Below, piece by piece: positions 37,479-48,122 of a DNA stretch of 64,000 nt (position 1 is the stretch's first letter; each line of letters opens with the position of its first letter). The notes under the pieces are model-generated. The model searched no databases, had not been told where the DNA came from, and saw nothing but the letters and a program-made list of their open reading frames with translations. Source of the DNA: an uncultured Candidatus Rokubacteria bacterium (GTDB taxonomy: Bacteria; Methylomirabilota; Methylomirabilia; Rokubacteriales; CSP1-6); contig CAVWFS010000018.1 in the NCBI GenBank assembly GCA_963754315.1, positions 32,001-96,000 on the forward strand. Direction: 5' to 3'. The translations under genes were made by a program, and so were the position numbers.

Positions 37479-38843
37479 GTGAACCTGGTCGGCCGGAGCT
37501 TCGCCCGCGACACGTTCCTCCAGGCGTTTTCCGGCGAGGCGGTCGTACGGGCGATGCTCGATTTCGAGGGCGCGCTGGCCGCCGCCGAAGCCGAGGCTGG
37601 CGTCATTCCGCAGGAGGCCGCGCACGTCATCGGCAAGGCCTGTAGCGAGCTGAGCCTGTCGCCCGAGACCTTGGCCGTCGAGGGCAAGCGCTCGGGCTCG
37701 CTGGCGGTGCCGCTGGTCAAGGCACTCACCGAGCACGTCGCTCGGGCAGACCCGCGCGCGGCAGCGTTCGTGCACTACGGCTCGACGAGCCAGGACGTTC
37801 TCGACACCGCGCTGGTCCTGTGCCTGAAGCCGTGCCTCGTCGACGCCGACCGTGTCCTGGCCACATCGGTGAGCCACCTGGCCGATCACGCTCGGCGCCA
37901 CGCCGGCGTCGTGATGCTCGGCCGGACGCTCATGCAACCCGCCACGCCGATCACGGCCGGCCTCAAGATCGCCCGCTGGGCGGCGGCGCTCCATCGGTGC
38001 CGGTTTCGCCTCTGCGAGGCACGCGAGCGGGCCCTGTGCGTGCAGCTCGGCGGGGCTGTCGGCACCCTGGACGCCCTCGGCGGCAAGCGCACGGACGTAC
38101 GCCGGCGCGTGGCCGCGCGCTTGCGTCTGGGTGAGGCACGTGCGTGGCACGATCACCGAGACGAGCTGCTGCGCCTGATGGGCGAGCTGGCCATCGTCAC
38201 CGCGACGGTGGGCAAGGTCGCGCGTGACATCGCCCTGCTCTCACAGCCCGAGGTCGGCGAGATGCTCGAGTCTCTCCCGACAAAGGGCGTGGGCGGCTCG
38301 AGCGCGATGCCCCACAAGCGGAACCCCGTGGCCTGTCTGCAGGCGCTGGTCGCCGCTGCCCGGACGCCCGGTCTGATCTCGACGCTTTTCACCGCCGCAC
38401 TCGGTGAGCACGAGCGCGCGCTCGGCGGCTGGCAGGCCGAGCTGGTCACCATCCCTGACCTGGTCGACGCCGCCGGCAGCGCGCTCGATGCCCTCGAGCG
38501 GATCGCCGGCGGTCTCGTGGTGAACGCCGAACGGATGCAGGCCAACCTAGAATCGCTGCACGGCCTCGTGTTCTCCGAGCGCCTGGCTCGCCTGCTCGCG
38601 CGCGACACCGATCGCGCCAGTGCCCAGGCTCTCGTCGACGACTGGTCCACGGTCGCCATCGGGGAGCACCGACATCTCAGGGACATCGCGATCGCTGCCC
38701 GGCCATCGCTGACGGGAGAGATCGACGCGATGTTCTCACTCGAAGCGATCGTCACCGAGCTGGCGCCGGTCCTCGATGAGACGCTGGCCAGTCTCGCGAG
38801 CGACGGCGGAGCCAGCCACGGGGGAAGAACGAACGAGGCATAG
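37479..38843 (+). CDS. pcaB: 3-carboxy-cis,cis-muconate cycloisomerase
   Basis: HYGSTSQD, GRTLMQ, GGSSAMPHKRNP, HERALGGWQAE; follows pcaHG. Confidence 0.92.
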   Translation: MNLVGRSFARDTFLQAFSGEAVVRAMLDFEGALAAAEAEAGVIPQEAAHVIGKACSELSLSPETLAVEGKRSGSLAVPLVKALTEHVARADPRAAAFVHYGSTSQDVLDTALVLCLKPCLVDADRVLATSVSHLADHARRHAGVVMLGRTLMQPATPITAGLKIARWAAALHRCRFRLCEARERALCVQLGGAVGTLDALGGKRTDVRRRVAARLRLGEARAWHDHRDELLRLMGELAIVTATVGKVARDIALLSQPEVGEMLESLPTKGVGGSSAMPHKRNPVACLQALVAAARTPGLISTLFTAALGEHERALGGWQAELVTIPDLVDAAGSALDALERIAGGLVVNAERMQANLESLHGLVFSERLARLLARDTDRASAQALVDDWSTVAIGEHRHLRDIAIAARPSLTGEIDAMFSLEAIVTELAPVLDETLASLASDGGASHGGRTNEA

Positions 38844-38844
38844 G

Positions 38845-39882
38845 ATGGGGCACGTCAACCGTGTTATTCGACGAGAGTTTTTGGCGGGGATGGCCGCCTG
38901 GGGGGCGGGCGCGCTCCTCGGCCGACATCACGCGGAGGCCCAGATGGCGACAGTCAAGCCGCACCGGATCGACGTGCACCATCACCACACGCCACCGCCG
39001 TACGTCGCCGCCCTCACGGCGAGGAACATTCCGGGCCCGGTGCGTGATTGGACACCCGAGAAATCGCTAGCCGACATGGACAAGGCCGGTGTGGCGACCG
39101 CGATGACATCCATCACGACGCCCGCCCTTCGTTTTCTGGACGACGCGGGCGCACGGAAGGTGGCGCGGGAGTGCAACGACTACACGGCAAAACTGGTCGG
39201 CGACTCCAAGGGCCGCTTTGGCATGTTCGCCGCGATGCCGATGCCCTACGTCGAGGGCACCTTGCTCGAGATCGCGTACGCGCTCGATACGCTCAAGGCC
39301 GATGGCATAGCCCTCCTCACGAGCTACGGCGACAAGTGGCTCGGCGATCCGGCGTTGGCGCCGGTCATGGAGGAGCTGAACCGCCGGAAGGCGGTGGTGT
39401 ACACGCACCCCACCACGGCCAACTGCTGCGGCAATCTCATTCCGGAGGTTCCGGAGTCGATCATCGAGTGGGGGACCGACACGACGCGCACCATCGCCAG
39501 CCTGGTATTCAGTGGCACCGCCGCGCGGCTGCAGGATATGAAGATGATCTTCTCGCACGGTGGCGGCACGCTGCCATTTCTGACTGAGCGCTTCGTGCGG
39601 CTCCCGTTGACGAACAAGAGCCTGGCGCCACGCGTGCCCAACGGCGTGGAGGCGGAGCTCAGGCGTTTCTACTACGACACCGCGCAGGCGGCCCATCCAT
39701 ACGCGCTGGCGTCGCTGACCCGGCTGGTCCCGGTCTCCCAGATCGTCTTCGGCACCGATTTCCCGTATCGCACCGCCAGCGACCACGTGAAGGGGCTAAC
39801 GGACTATGGGTTCAGCGCGGCCGACTTGCAGTCAATCGATCGCGACAACGCGGTACGGCTCATGCCGCGGCTGAAGGCGTAA
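38845..39882 (+). CDS. Amidohydrolase_2 (ACMSD/decarboxylase-like) with Tat-like leader
   Basis: RREFLAG; IDVHHH, YTHP, SHGGG, FGTDFP. Confidence 0.88.
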   Translation: MGHVNRVIRREFLAGMAAWGAGALLGRHHAEAQMATVKPHRIDVHHHHTPPPYVAALTARNIPGPVRDWTPEKSLADMDKAGVATAMTSITTPALRFLDDAGARKVARECNDYTAKLVGDSKGRFGMFAAMPMPYVEGTLLEIAYALDTLKADGIALLTSYGDKWLGDPALAPVMEELNRRKAVVYTHPTTANCCGNLIPEVPESIIEWGTDTTRTIASLVFSGTAARLQDMKMIFSHGGGTLPFLTERFVRLPLTNKSLAPRVPNGVEAELRRFYYDTAQAAHPYALASLTRLVPVSQIVFGTDFPYRTASDHVKGLTDYGFSAADLQSIDRDNAVRLMPRLKA

Positions 39883-39926
39883 CGGCGTGAAGTGGAGGCG
39901 GTCCTGACGGGGTATACTCGCGGAGC

Positions 39927-40658
39927 ATGACCCGACATTTCGGCGTTCTGATTCCCTCCACGAACACGACGGTCGAGATGGAATGCCGGCTCTTGCCGAC
40001 AACCTACCAGGCGCATATCGGTCGCCTCAAATCGAGCGGCGGTAGTTTTTCGCCGAGCCGCGATGAGGACATCGACTATCAGTCGCGCCTGCTGGGGACG
40101 GCCAAGGTCGAGATGGTGATCCTGGCCCAGACGTCGGCAAGTCTCTTTGCCGATGACTACGACGACGTCGTCACCAAGCGGATGAGTGGCGGCGCCGGTG
40201 TTCCGGCGATCACGTCGGCGCAGGCGGTCGGCCGCGCGGTGCGGGCTCTGGGAGCGCGCCGCATCGCCATCGTGTCTCCCTATTCGGATGCCGTCAATGA
40301 ACGGGCGGCCCACTATTTCGCGACGACGCATGGGCTCGACACCATCGCCCTCGAAGGATTCGGTGCGACCGACGCGTATGCGATCGGGCAGCTCGGTCCC
40401 CAGAACGCGCGCGACGCCTTCGGGCGGGTCGATCGGCCGGAGATCGAGGTCTTCGTGGTGCCCGGGGGCAATTTCCCGACGATGTCGTCGGTGGCCGCCT
40501 GGGAGCGGGAATTCAAGAAGCCCGTGGTGACCACAAACCAAGCGTCGATGTGGGCGATGCTGCGCGCATTCAACAGCGGCGACCGCCTGCCGGCCTTCGG
40601 CCGTCTCCTGGCGGAAGTGCCGGCTCGACGCATCATAGAGGGCGCCACAACACCCTAA
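39927..40658 (+). CDS. Asp/Glu racemase / maleate isomerase-like protein
   Basis: GVLIPSTNTTVE, VSPY, KPVVTTNQA. Confidence 0.85.
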   Translation: MTRHFGVLIPSTNTTVEMECRLLPTTYQAHIGRLKSSGGSFSPSRDEDIDYQSRLLGTAKVEMVILAQTSASLFADDYDDVVTKRMSGGAGVPAITSAQAVGRAVRALGARRIAIVSPYSDAVNERAAHYFATTHGLDTIALEGFGATDAYAIGQLGPQNARDAFGRVDRPEIEVFVVPGGNFPTMSSVAAWEREFKKPVVTTNQASMWAMLRAFNSGDRLPAFGRLLAEVPARRIIEGATTP

Positions 40659-40743
40659 GGCCGTTGGCGGCCCTGACACGCTGGGCAGCTGACGAACGCC
40701 GACCACGTCGGGCGGGTGTCGCGGGTCGTGCGCGACGCCCCCT

Positions 40744-42523
40744 TCACCCCTGGTGAAAGATCCGGGCGACGCGCGCCTCGAACTCCGCGATCTCACCCGA
40801 ACGGCCGGAGAGAGAGGCAAGCTGCGCCGTGAGGTAGTCCACCACAGTCGCCACCTCGGCCGCCGACGGGTCTCGCCCAAGCAGGGCGCGGTACAGGATC
40901 CGCACGTGCTGAGCGAACGTGCGCGGCGTGCGCGTGAACTCCTCGGAGTTGAGGACCGCGGCGAGCCCGGGGCTGATGTCGTCCGTCTCGTTCAGGTACT
41001 GGCTCCCTATCTGGATCTCGACCGGGTTCGCGGCGCGCCCCAGCGCCTCCTGGAAGAAGTGAGAGACGAGGGCGTCGGGCGGCATCTGCCGACGCGCCGC
41101 CATGAACTCGGGTGAGCCCAGGAACAAGGGGAGAAGCGTATTGAAGCGCACCAGTATCTCGCGGGTGTAAAAGGCCAGGCGTTCGCTGTCGGGGTCCTGG
41201 CCGAGCGCCGCGCGATAGAGGGCGGTGACGTACGCCGACGGCGTCACGGCGATCGCGCGGAAATCGGGGGAGTCGAAGAACGCGCGGATGGCTAACCATA
41301 CTCGAGCCGCCCCGGGGGCGACCCCGAGAGTGCCAAGCCATGTCTGGACCTCCGCCTCGCTCGCCGCGCGCTGCAGAACGTGGTAGTAGAGACTCTTCAC
41401 GAAGACGGTCGCGCACGAGGGGAGCTTTATCGAGCTGATGTGTTGCTGGTCCAACGCGTCCCGCGGCTGGGCGCCTGCCTCCGCGACCACGCGGTGGGCA
41501 GCCAGACAGGTGTCTTCGGTGGCGATGGGACTGGCGGCAAACGGGACTGCTCGCGTCGCCGACATGGTTGACGGCAAAGGCGGGCGGGTCGGCGCTGAAG
41601 TTCCCGCTCGCGTAGAGGTTGGCGCTCAGCGGGCCAGGCGGATTCACGAAGAGGGCCTGCTCTTGATCCCTTAGGGGGCTCGTGGGCGAGGCGTAGAAGT
41701 TATTGATGGCGTTGACCCGCGCCCCGTTCTCGACGATCGTCCCCGAGCCCCCCTGCCAGTTCGCGACGAGGTTGTTCCGGATGTCGGCGGTGGTGTCGGT
41801 GGGCGGGGTGGCGGCATTGTCGGTGCTCACGAGGGGATTGCGCTGGGTCGAGTCGGTGAAAAGATTGTGATGCAGGCTGATTCGACTGGCATTGAACTTG
41901 ATGAGCATGTTCTTGTCGAACGTGGGCGCGGCAAAAATGCTCCAGGAGACCGTGACGTCGTGCGCGGTCTCGGTGATGTCGAGGTTACCGTCCCCTGAGC
42001 CATGGATAGACACATGGTCGATCACCACGTTGTGCGCCCCGGAGGAGACCGCGATTCCGTCCGCGGGGGCGCCGCGGACCCGGATGCCGCGCACGATGAC
42101 GTCGTGAGCCCCATCGTTGCCGCGGATGAACAGGGCCCCGCCTCGGAGTGTGATGCCGGGAGGCGGGGCGGAGAACCCATCGATCGTCACGAAGGCCCCC
42201 CTCACGAGTACCATCCGCGCCAGCTCGATGACTCCTCCCACATCGAACACGATCGTGCGGTTGCCGTGTGACACGGCATCCCGAAAACTTCCCGGCCCCG
42301 CGTCATTGAGGTTCGTGACATGCACGACATCACGCCCCGATCCTCCCGGCGTGGCCGCGCCGAAACCCTCATACGCCGGGGCCTGCGCCCATGCCACGCT
42401 GGACGACCCCACCGCGACGGCGCACCATTCCAGCCCCGGAACGTGCAGAATGACGGCAAAACCCAGGAGGACTACGGTGAGGAGACGGACGGGCCCTCGA
42501 TGAAACGGCTGCGCCAGGTGCAT
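40744..42523 (-). CDS. Secreted pectate-lyase-like beta-helix + DUF4214-like repeats, +1 frameshift near 41544
   Basis: VTNLNDAGPGSFR, VIDH, DGNLD, ISLHHN, QRNP; C-terminal LY..LGR.P...SPEF repeats; removing one C joins the frames. Confidence 0.8.
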
Positions 42524-42987
42524 CGCTCCTCCCCAACGTTCCGGAAGGGCGAGGAGAAGGCTGCCACGGGTACGCATATGTTCCTCCAGCTAGCATTATC
42601 TACCCGAGGTCTCGCCGCGGTCCGCTGACCTTGACGATGGTGACGAGGGCACTCTAGGGTAGAAGCGGGACCTGGTGACGAACTCTGTGATGCCTGAGCT
42701 CTCGATGGGAACGGTTCGTTAGAGTGTACCATTCGGCGTGGTTGTGACGCGCGACGGAACGGTCGTGCTCGGGCGTGAACCCGACGAGCCGGCGATGGGG
42801 CGCCCGCGTTGGTACGCGCATCGTTTCAATCGGGTAGGACCCTATCAGCTGACGGCCACCGTGCTCGACCAAGCGTCGGAGGCGAGGAACACCACCGCAT
42901 TGGCGACTTCCTCCGCCGACGGGGGCCTGACGTAGGGCGCAGAAGCCGCCGCGCTGACCGGAGCGGGTGGCCTGTTTGAGCGGAGCC

Positions 42988-44217
42988 ATGCCGGAAGAGG
43001 ACAGCGTCTTGACCGGCCTGATGGGACACGCCGAAGCCACGAAGGTGGAATTCCTGCGGGAAGTTCTTCCCGCCGAGCTCCAGTCCGTCTTCGATGTCTC
43101 GTTCATCCGATCCCACCATCTCTACGGCGAATTCGTCTGCCGGCTGGTGCTGCAGGTCGTGCGCGGGACTGGAATCGAGGCAGCGCTTGCACAGCCGGGC
43201 AGTCCGGCCGACATTGCGGCGCGCTCCGGGCTCGAGCACCGACAGGCCGTCGTGCCACTCGACTGGCTGCTCCGATTCCTGAGCGCGCGAGGACTGATCG
43301 AAGCGACCCCGGGCGACACCGGCGACCGCTACCGGCTCCGTGACCCCTTGCCCTCGCTTGATCCTGCGCCCATACGGCAGGAGCAGCTCCGTCACGACCC
43401 CTCGTGGATGCCCGCGTATGAGCTGGCCGAGACCGTCGCCCGAGATTACCCCGCCTTTCTTCGCGGCGAGGTTGCCGGCGAAGAGGTGCTCTTCGCACCG
43501 CGTCGACTCCGCCTCTGGATCGACTACTTCTCCAACGACCATGGACTCTACGCTGTCAATAACCTCGTCGGCGCGGTGGCGGCCGAGGGCTGGCTGCGCG
43601 GGTCTCGCGAAGTTGTTCTCGAACTGGGCGGAGGGCTCGGCAGTGGAGCGCTCGCGCTGCTGGGCCGACTGGAGGCAACCGGCCGGCTCGCGGCGATCGC
43701 TGGTTACCGATTCACGGAGCTGGTGCCGGCATTCCTCCGGCGCGGAGAGCAGACCCTACGGAACCGTTACCCGACCTTCGCAGGCTTCGCGTTCCAGCTC
43801 CTCGACATGAATCGGCCCTTCGCGGATCAGGGGGTTGAGCCCGGAGGCGTGTCGGTGGTGTACGCGGTCAATACCCTGCACGCCGCCCATGATCTGGGCT
43901 TCACGCTTGACCAGGTACTCCAGGCGCTCGCGCCCGGCGGTCTGCTCGTCATGTCGGAGTGCGTGCGCCCGCCGCAGCCGATCTATGCGGAGTTCGGCTT
44001 CCACCTGACGCAGGCATTCCAATCGCCGCGGCTCCACTCCCTCTACCGCCCGCGTGGCGGATTTCTCACGCCCGAGCACTGGAAGGCCGCCCTCGAGGCA
44101 GCCGGCTTTCTCGACGTCAGCTTCGTGCCAGATGTGGCGCGAATCCATGCCACGATCCCAGACTTCGCCGTGGCGGCCATTGGCGCCACCCGTCCGGGAC
44201 GAAGGGAAACGGGATAG
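42988..44217 (+). CDS. Class I SAM-dependent methyltransferase (PKS-type C-MT-like)
   Basis: VLELGGGLGS, YRFTEL, VNTLH, LAPGGLLVMSE. Confidence 0.85.
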   Translation: MPEEDSVLTGLMGHAEATKVEFLREVLPAELQSVFDVSFIRSHHLYGEFVCRLVLQVVRGTGIEAALAQPGSPADIAARSGLEHRQAVVPLDWLLRFLSARGLIEATPGDTGDRYRLRDPLPSLDPAPIRQEQLRHDPSWMPAYELAETVARDYPAFLRGEVAGEEVLFAPRRLRLWIDYFSNDHGLYAVNNLVGAVAAEGWLRGSREVVLELGGGLGSGALALLGRLEATGRLAAIAGYRFTELVPAFLRRGEQTLRNRYPTFAGFAFQLLDMNRPFADQGVEPGGVSVVYAVNTLHAAHDLGFTLDQVLQALAPGGLLVMSECVRPPQPIYAEFGFHLTQAFQSPRLHSLYRPRGGFLTPEHWKAALEAAGFLDVSFVPDVARIHATIPDFAVAAIGATRPGRRETG

Positions 44218-44304
44218 CGGGCCTGCGGGCTCAGGCAATCAAGCGTAACAGCTCGTCCGTCGAGAACAGGACCTCGGGGCCGTGAAGCGGTCAGGGACGT
44301 GGGG

Positions 44305-45360
44305 TCATACGACAAGCCGCTTCGGCTGTTCGTCGGCAAATATCGGCATGACGTCCCGGGCGAAACGGCGCAGACTTTCGCGGCCGCGAGCGCCGCCGCC
44401 CGAGCCGCCGCCATTGATCAGGACATAGCCGACCCCGGCGTCGCGCAGTTCCTCGAGCTTTTTCGCGATGTCGTCGGGACTGCCGTACATAGCGCTGATC
44501 TCGTTGATGACCCGAGGATCGCCAGTGGCTCGGTCCGGTCCACCGTGGACCGTGCCGTCGGGCCGCGTCGCCAGCTTCAGCTGCCGCACCCGATTCTGCA
44601 GCCGGCGCTCCAGCGCGGCGTCGCGTTCCTCCGCACCGTCGGCAACGAAAAACGCGCGGGTCACCCCGACCTGCATCGGGTCGAAGCGACGGCCCCGCGC
44701 TTCGACCTCGGACTTGAAGGCGGCAATGTGCGAGGCCACATCCGTTGGCGACGCGTATTGCCCGAGCAACAGGTTGAAGCCTTGGGCGGCCACCTGACGG
44801 ATCGAGCGCTCGCTGCCGGCGCCCATCCAAATTTGCGGGTGTGGTTTCTGCGCGGTCGGAGGTTCGACGACGATGCGGTCGAACTCCCAATACGTGCCCC
44901 GGTGGGAAAAGGGCTCATTTGACGTCCACGCCTTGAGGATGACCTCGAGGCACTCATCAAACCTCGCGTCGGCTTCCTCCATCGGCACGCGAAAACCAGC
45001 GAACTCGTTGTACCGGTAGCCCTTGCCGATACCGAAATCGAGCCGTCCCCCGGACAGGAGATCGAGCGTAGCGGCCTGTTCAGCCAACAGCACCGGGTTA
45101 TGCCATGGCAGCACGATCACCGCCGTGCCGAGACGCAGCCGGCGCGTGCGCGCCCCAAGCCAGGTCAGCAGGTTGAGGGTGGCCGAGACTTGTCCGTAGC
45201 CGGTGAAGTGGTGCTCGACGACGAACGTGCTGTGAAAACCCAGTGCCTCGGCCTCGATGTTGTATTCGATGAAATCACGGAATCCTTCGCTGCTGTCGAA
45301 TTCCGCACCACCGCGCCTCGCCGCCGCACTGCCGAACAGGCCAAATTGCATTCGGCTCAC
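44305..45360 (-). CDS. LLM-class flavin-dependent oxidoreductase
   Basis: VEHHF, LGTAV, LAEQAATLDLLSGGRL. Confidence 0.92.
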   Translation of the reverse strand: MSRMQFGLFGSAAARRGGAEFDSSEGFRDFIEYNIEAEALGFHSTFVVEHHFTGYGQVSATLNLLTWLGARTRRLRLGTAVIVLPWHNPVLLAEQAATLDLLSGGRLDFGIGKGYRYNEFAGFRVPMEEADARFDECLEVILKAWTSNEPFSHRGTYWEFDRIVVEPPTAQKPHPQIWMGAGSERSIRQVAAQGFNLLLGQYASPTDVASHIAAFKSEVEARGRRFDPMQVGVTRAFFVADGAEERDAALERRLQNRVRQLKLATRPDGTVHGGPDRATGDPRVINEISAMYGSPDDIAKKLEELRDAGVGYVLINGGGSGGGARGRESLRRFARDVMPIFADEQPKRLVV

Positions 45361-45633
45361 CCTCCGTTACGGGGCCATGAGGTTGCGACCCGGCACGCGA
45401 CATTCAGCATGCCGTATCGTGATCATGGGCCGGATCATACCATCTGCTCTCGCGGTTTCGGCTCCCGTACGGTCCAGGTGCCTCTCGTAGGCCTTGCGAG
45501 GTCGGTGGCGCTGCCGGTGGCGTCGGCACCGCGCGGTTGCGAACGCGCGGGGCGACTTGGTAGATTGCCATGCGCTTGGCAGCGGGGTTCGTTCGACGTG
45601 CCGCACGGCTTTTTCACGTAAGGGACGGAGCGG

Positions 45634-47019
45634 GTGGAGGAGACCACGAACGGGGGCAGCACACCAGCCCAAGGAACTGCGGCCTCGGCCGATTCCCACG
45701 ACGCGGGAGAGCTCAAGCGTGCCATCTCGCCGGCGATGCTGATCCTCTTTGTGGTCGGCGACATCCTGGGCGCGGGTATCTACGCTCGGGTGGGCGCCGT
45801 GGCTGGTGAGGTTGGCGGCGCGATCTGGACGTCGTTCGTGCTGGGGATAGGAATCGCCGCGCTGACGGCCCTCGCCTACGGTGAGCTCGCCAGCAAGTAT
45901 CCGCGTGCGGGCGGGGCAGCCCTGTTCATCCACAAAGCCTTTGGCAGTCCCGTGCTGACTTTCGTGATTGCGTTTGCCGTGCTTGCGTCCGGCGTGGCGT
46001 CCGCGAGCGCGGTCGCCCGCGTATTCGGCGGCCGCTACCTCCAGGAATTCATCGCCGTGCCGCCGGTGCCGGTGGCCATCGCGTTCGTCCTCGTGATTGC
46101 TCTGGTCAACTTCCGAGGAATCTCGGAGTCGGTGACCTTGAACATGTTTCTGACCGTGGTGGAGCTCAGTGGACTCCTCCTGGTCATCGTGGTCGGTATC
46201 GTGGCCCTGGCCGGGGGCACCGGTGATCCCGGGCGCGCCTTCACGTTCAAGGCGGACGTGAACGTCCCCATCGCCGTGCTGGCCGGAGCGGCCATCGCCT
46301 TCTACGCCTGCCTGGGCTTCGAGGACGTCGCAAACGTTGCCGAGGAGGCCCAGGATCCGGTCCGGATGCTTCCGACGGCGCTGATCGCCGGCCTGGGGAT
46401 CGCGGGTTTCATGTACGTCGTGGTCAGTTTCACGGCGGCGATGGTGGTCGACCCGGCGACCTTGGCGAAATCATCCGGACCGCTGCTCGAGGTGGTGAAG
46501 GCCGGTCCCGTTCCCATCCCGCCTCGCCTCTTCGCGGCCATCGCCCTGATGGCGGTCACCAACACGGCCCTGATCAACATGATCATGGCCTCGCGACTTC
46601 TCTACGGCATGGCGGAGCAGGGTATCATGCCGAGAATCCTCGGACGGACTCACAAGACCCGGAAGACGCCGTGGGTGGCTATCCTCTTCACCACCGTGCT
46701 CGCGCTGGGCCTCGTCGTCACTGGCGACATCGGCGGGCTGGCCAACACCACCGTGCTGCTGCTGCTCGTGGCGTTCACCCTGGTGAATATCGCGGCACTC
46801 ATTCTGCGCCGTGACCGGGTCGAGCACCGGCACTTCTCGATTCCCGCGTGGATTCCGGCGCTGGGTGCGGTGACGTGCCTGATCCTGATGACCCAGTTCA
46901 CGGCGGACGTCTACCTGCGCGCGGTCGTCCTGGTCGCCATCGGACTGGCGCTATGCGGCATCAACTTCCTCGTCTCGCGCCGGCTCGAGACGAGACCTGT
47001 GCCCCGGCAGCTCACCTGA
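45634..47019 (+). CDS. APC family amino-acid permease
   Basis: ILGAGIY, ELASKYPRAGG, GFED, SRLLYGMA; about 12 TM segments. Confidence 0.92.
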   Translation: MEETTNGGSTPAQGTAASADSHDAGELKRAISPAMLILFVVGDILGAGIYARVGAVAGEVGGAIWTSFVLGIGIAALTALAYGELASKYPRAGGAALFIHKAFGSPVLTFVIAFAVLASGVASASAVARVFGGRYLQEFIAVPPVPVAIAFVLVIALVNFRGISESVTLNMFLTVVELSGLLLVIVVGIVALAGGTGDPGRAFTFKADVNVPIAVLAGAAIAFYACLGFEDVANVAEEAQDPVRMLPTALIAGLGIAGFMYVVVSFTAAMVVDPATLAKSSGPLLEVVKAGPVPIPPRLFAAIALMAVTNTALINMIMASRLLYGMAEQGIMPRILGRTHKTRKTPWVAILFTTVLALGLVVTGDIGGLANTTVLLLLVAFTLVNIAALILRRDRVEHRHFSIPAWIPALGAVTCLILMTQFTADVYLRAVVLVAIGLALCGINFLVSRRLETRPVPRQLT

Positions 47020-47026
47020 GCGGTCG

Positions 47027-48082
47027 TCAGGGGTTCGTGACCTCAATGGCGCGGGGGCCTCCTTCCTTGGCGCCATCGAACAGAACGAGGACTCGAAGTC
47101 CCGCGGGCGTCTGATCGAGAGGAAGAATCGCTTCCGGTCTGAGATCGATCCCATTCTCGCGGTAGCGGGCCAGATCCTTCAGGAGCTTGGGCGTGTCGCT
47201 CGCCCCGTCCCACCAGTAGACCGAGTAGTGGCCGCCCCGGTCAGCCATCGGCCCCGCCAGGACGAGCAGGCCGCCCGCGAACGCCGCCAGATCGCGGACG
47301 CCGCGGCCCCGGCCCAGGGAAAGAAAGTGGAGCGTGGTGTCGGGGGCCTGTTCCTCGAAGAGGGCCGCGAGCGAGACGGACAGGATCACGGCGCGCTCGT
47401 CGTTCAGGACCGGGCCCCGGAATCCCGCAAACAATCGATGGCCACGGATAGCGATGCCCTCGATGGTCACGCCGTTGAGTTCCAGACGTTTGTCGGCGAA
47501 GGGAGCGAGTGTAGGATCGGCCAGAATCAGGGCTCTGAGCTTTGGCGTGCGGGCGAGCTCGGGCACCCCCGAGACGGAGCCGGTTGCCGTGAGGGGACGG
47601 CCGCTCGCCGGATCGACCCGGATACGGATCAACTGGCTGGCGGCGGTGATCCCGGCCCGTATCCGGGCGGCGTCCCGGACGGGGTCGAGCTTTCTGTCGG
47701 TATCGCGCGGATGTCCGTGAGAGCCGATGACGTAGAAGAAGCCGCCGGAGTACGCCACGCCCTCGCCGTCGAGCTCGAGCCATGTTCCCGGGAAGCGGTC
47801 GTCGATCAGGCGAATAGACCTGCCGGCGACGATCTCACCGTCCCTGAGCGTGACCAGCTGGCTACTCTGCGCATCGTCGTCGATGATCAGGCACGAACGC
47901 GGGAAGCCGGTGTCAGAGGTACATGCGATGCCGCTGACGTTCACCGATTTCTTGTTGTCCTTGCCCATCAGCTTGTCCCTGACGCTCCACACGCGTTCGT
48001 GCTGCGCGGTCGCGGCACCAGGTGGCCAGCTTCCCAGCACCACGAGCAAGGCCATGACAACAAGACGGTTCAGGATCTCCAT
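47027..48082 (-). CDS. DUF3616-like secreted protein
   Basis: Signal peptide; ELDGEG, IGSHG, TIEG, GFRGP, GVRDL, FDG. Confidence 0.75.
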   Translation of the reverse strand: MEILNRLVVMALLVVLGSWPPGAATAQHERVWSVRDKLMGKDNKKSVNVSGIACTSDTGFPRSCLIIDDDAQSSQLVTLRDGEIVAGRSIRLIDDRFPGTWLELDGEGVAYSGGFFYVIGSHGHPRDTDRKLDPVRDAARIRAGITAASQLIRIRVDPASGRPLTATGSVSGVPELARTPKLRALILADPTLAPFADKRLELNGVTIEGIAIRGHRLFAGFRGPVLNDERAVILSVSLAALFEEQAPDTTLHFLSLGRGRGVRDLAAFAGGLLVLAGPMADRGGHYSVYWWDGASDTPKLLKDLARYRENGIDLRPEAILPLDQTPAGLRVLVLFDGAKEGGPRAIEVTNP

Positions 48083-48122
48083 GGCGTGGACCCATCTCTC
48101 GGCCTGGACGACGGCGCCGTAA

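Noticed and set aside
42738..42935. 65-aa ORF upstream of the methyltransferase
   Set aside because: No RBS or recognisable motif; at most a fragment
45361..45633. Riboswitch upstream of the APC permease
   Set aside because: Only short hairpins; no recognisable aptamer motif (an Rfam scan would settle it)
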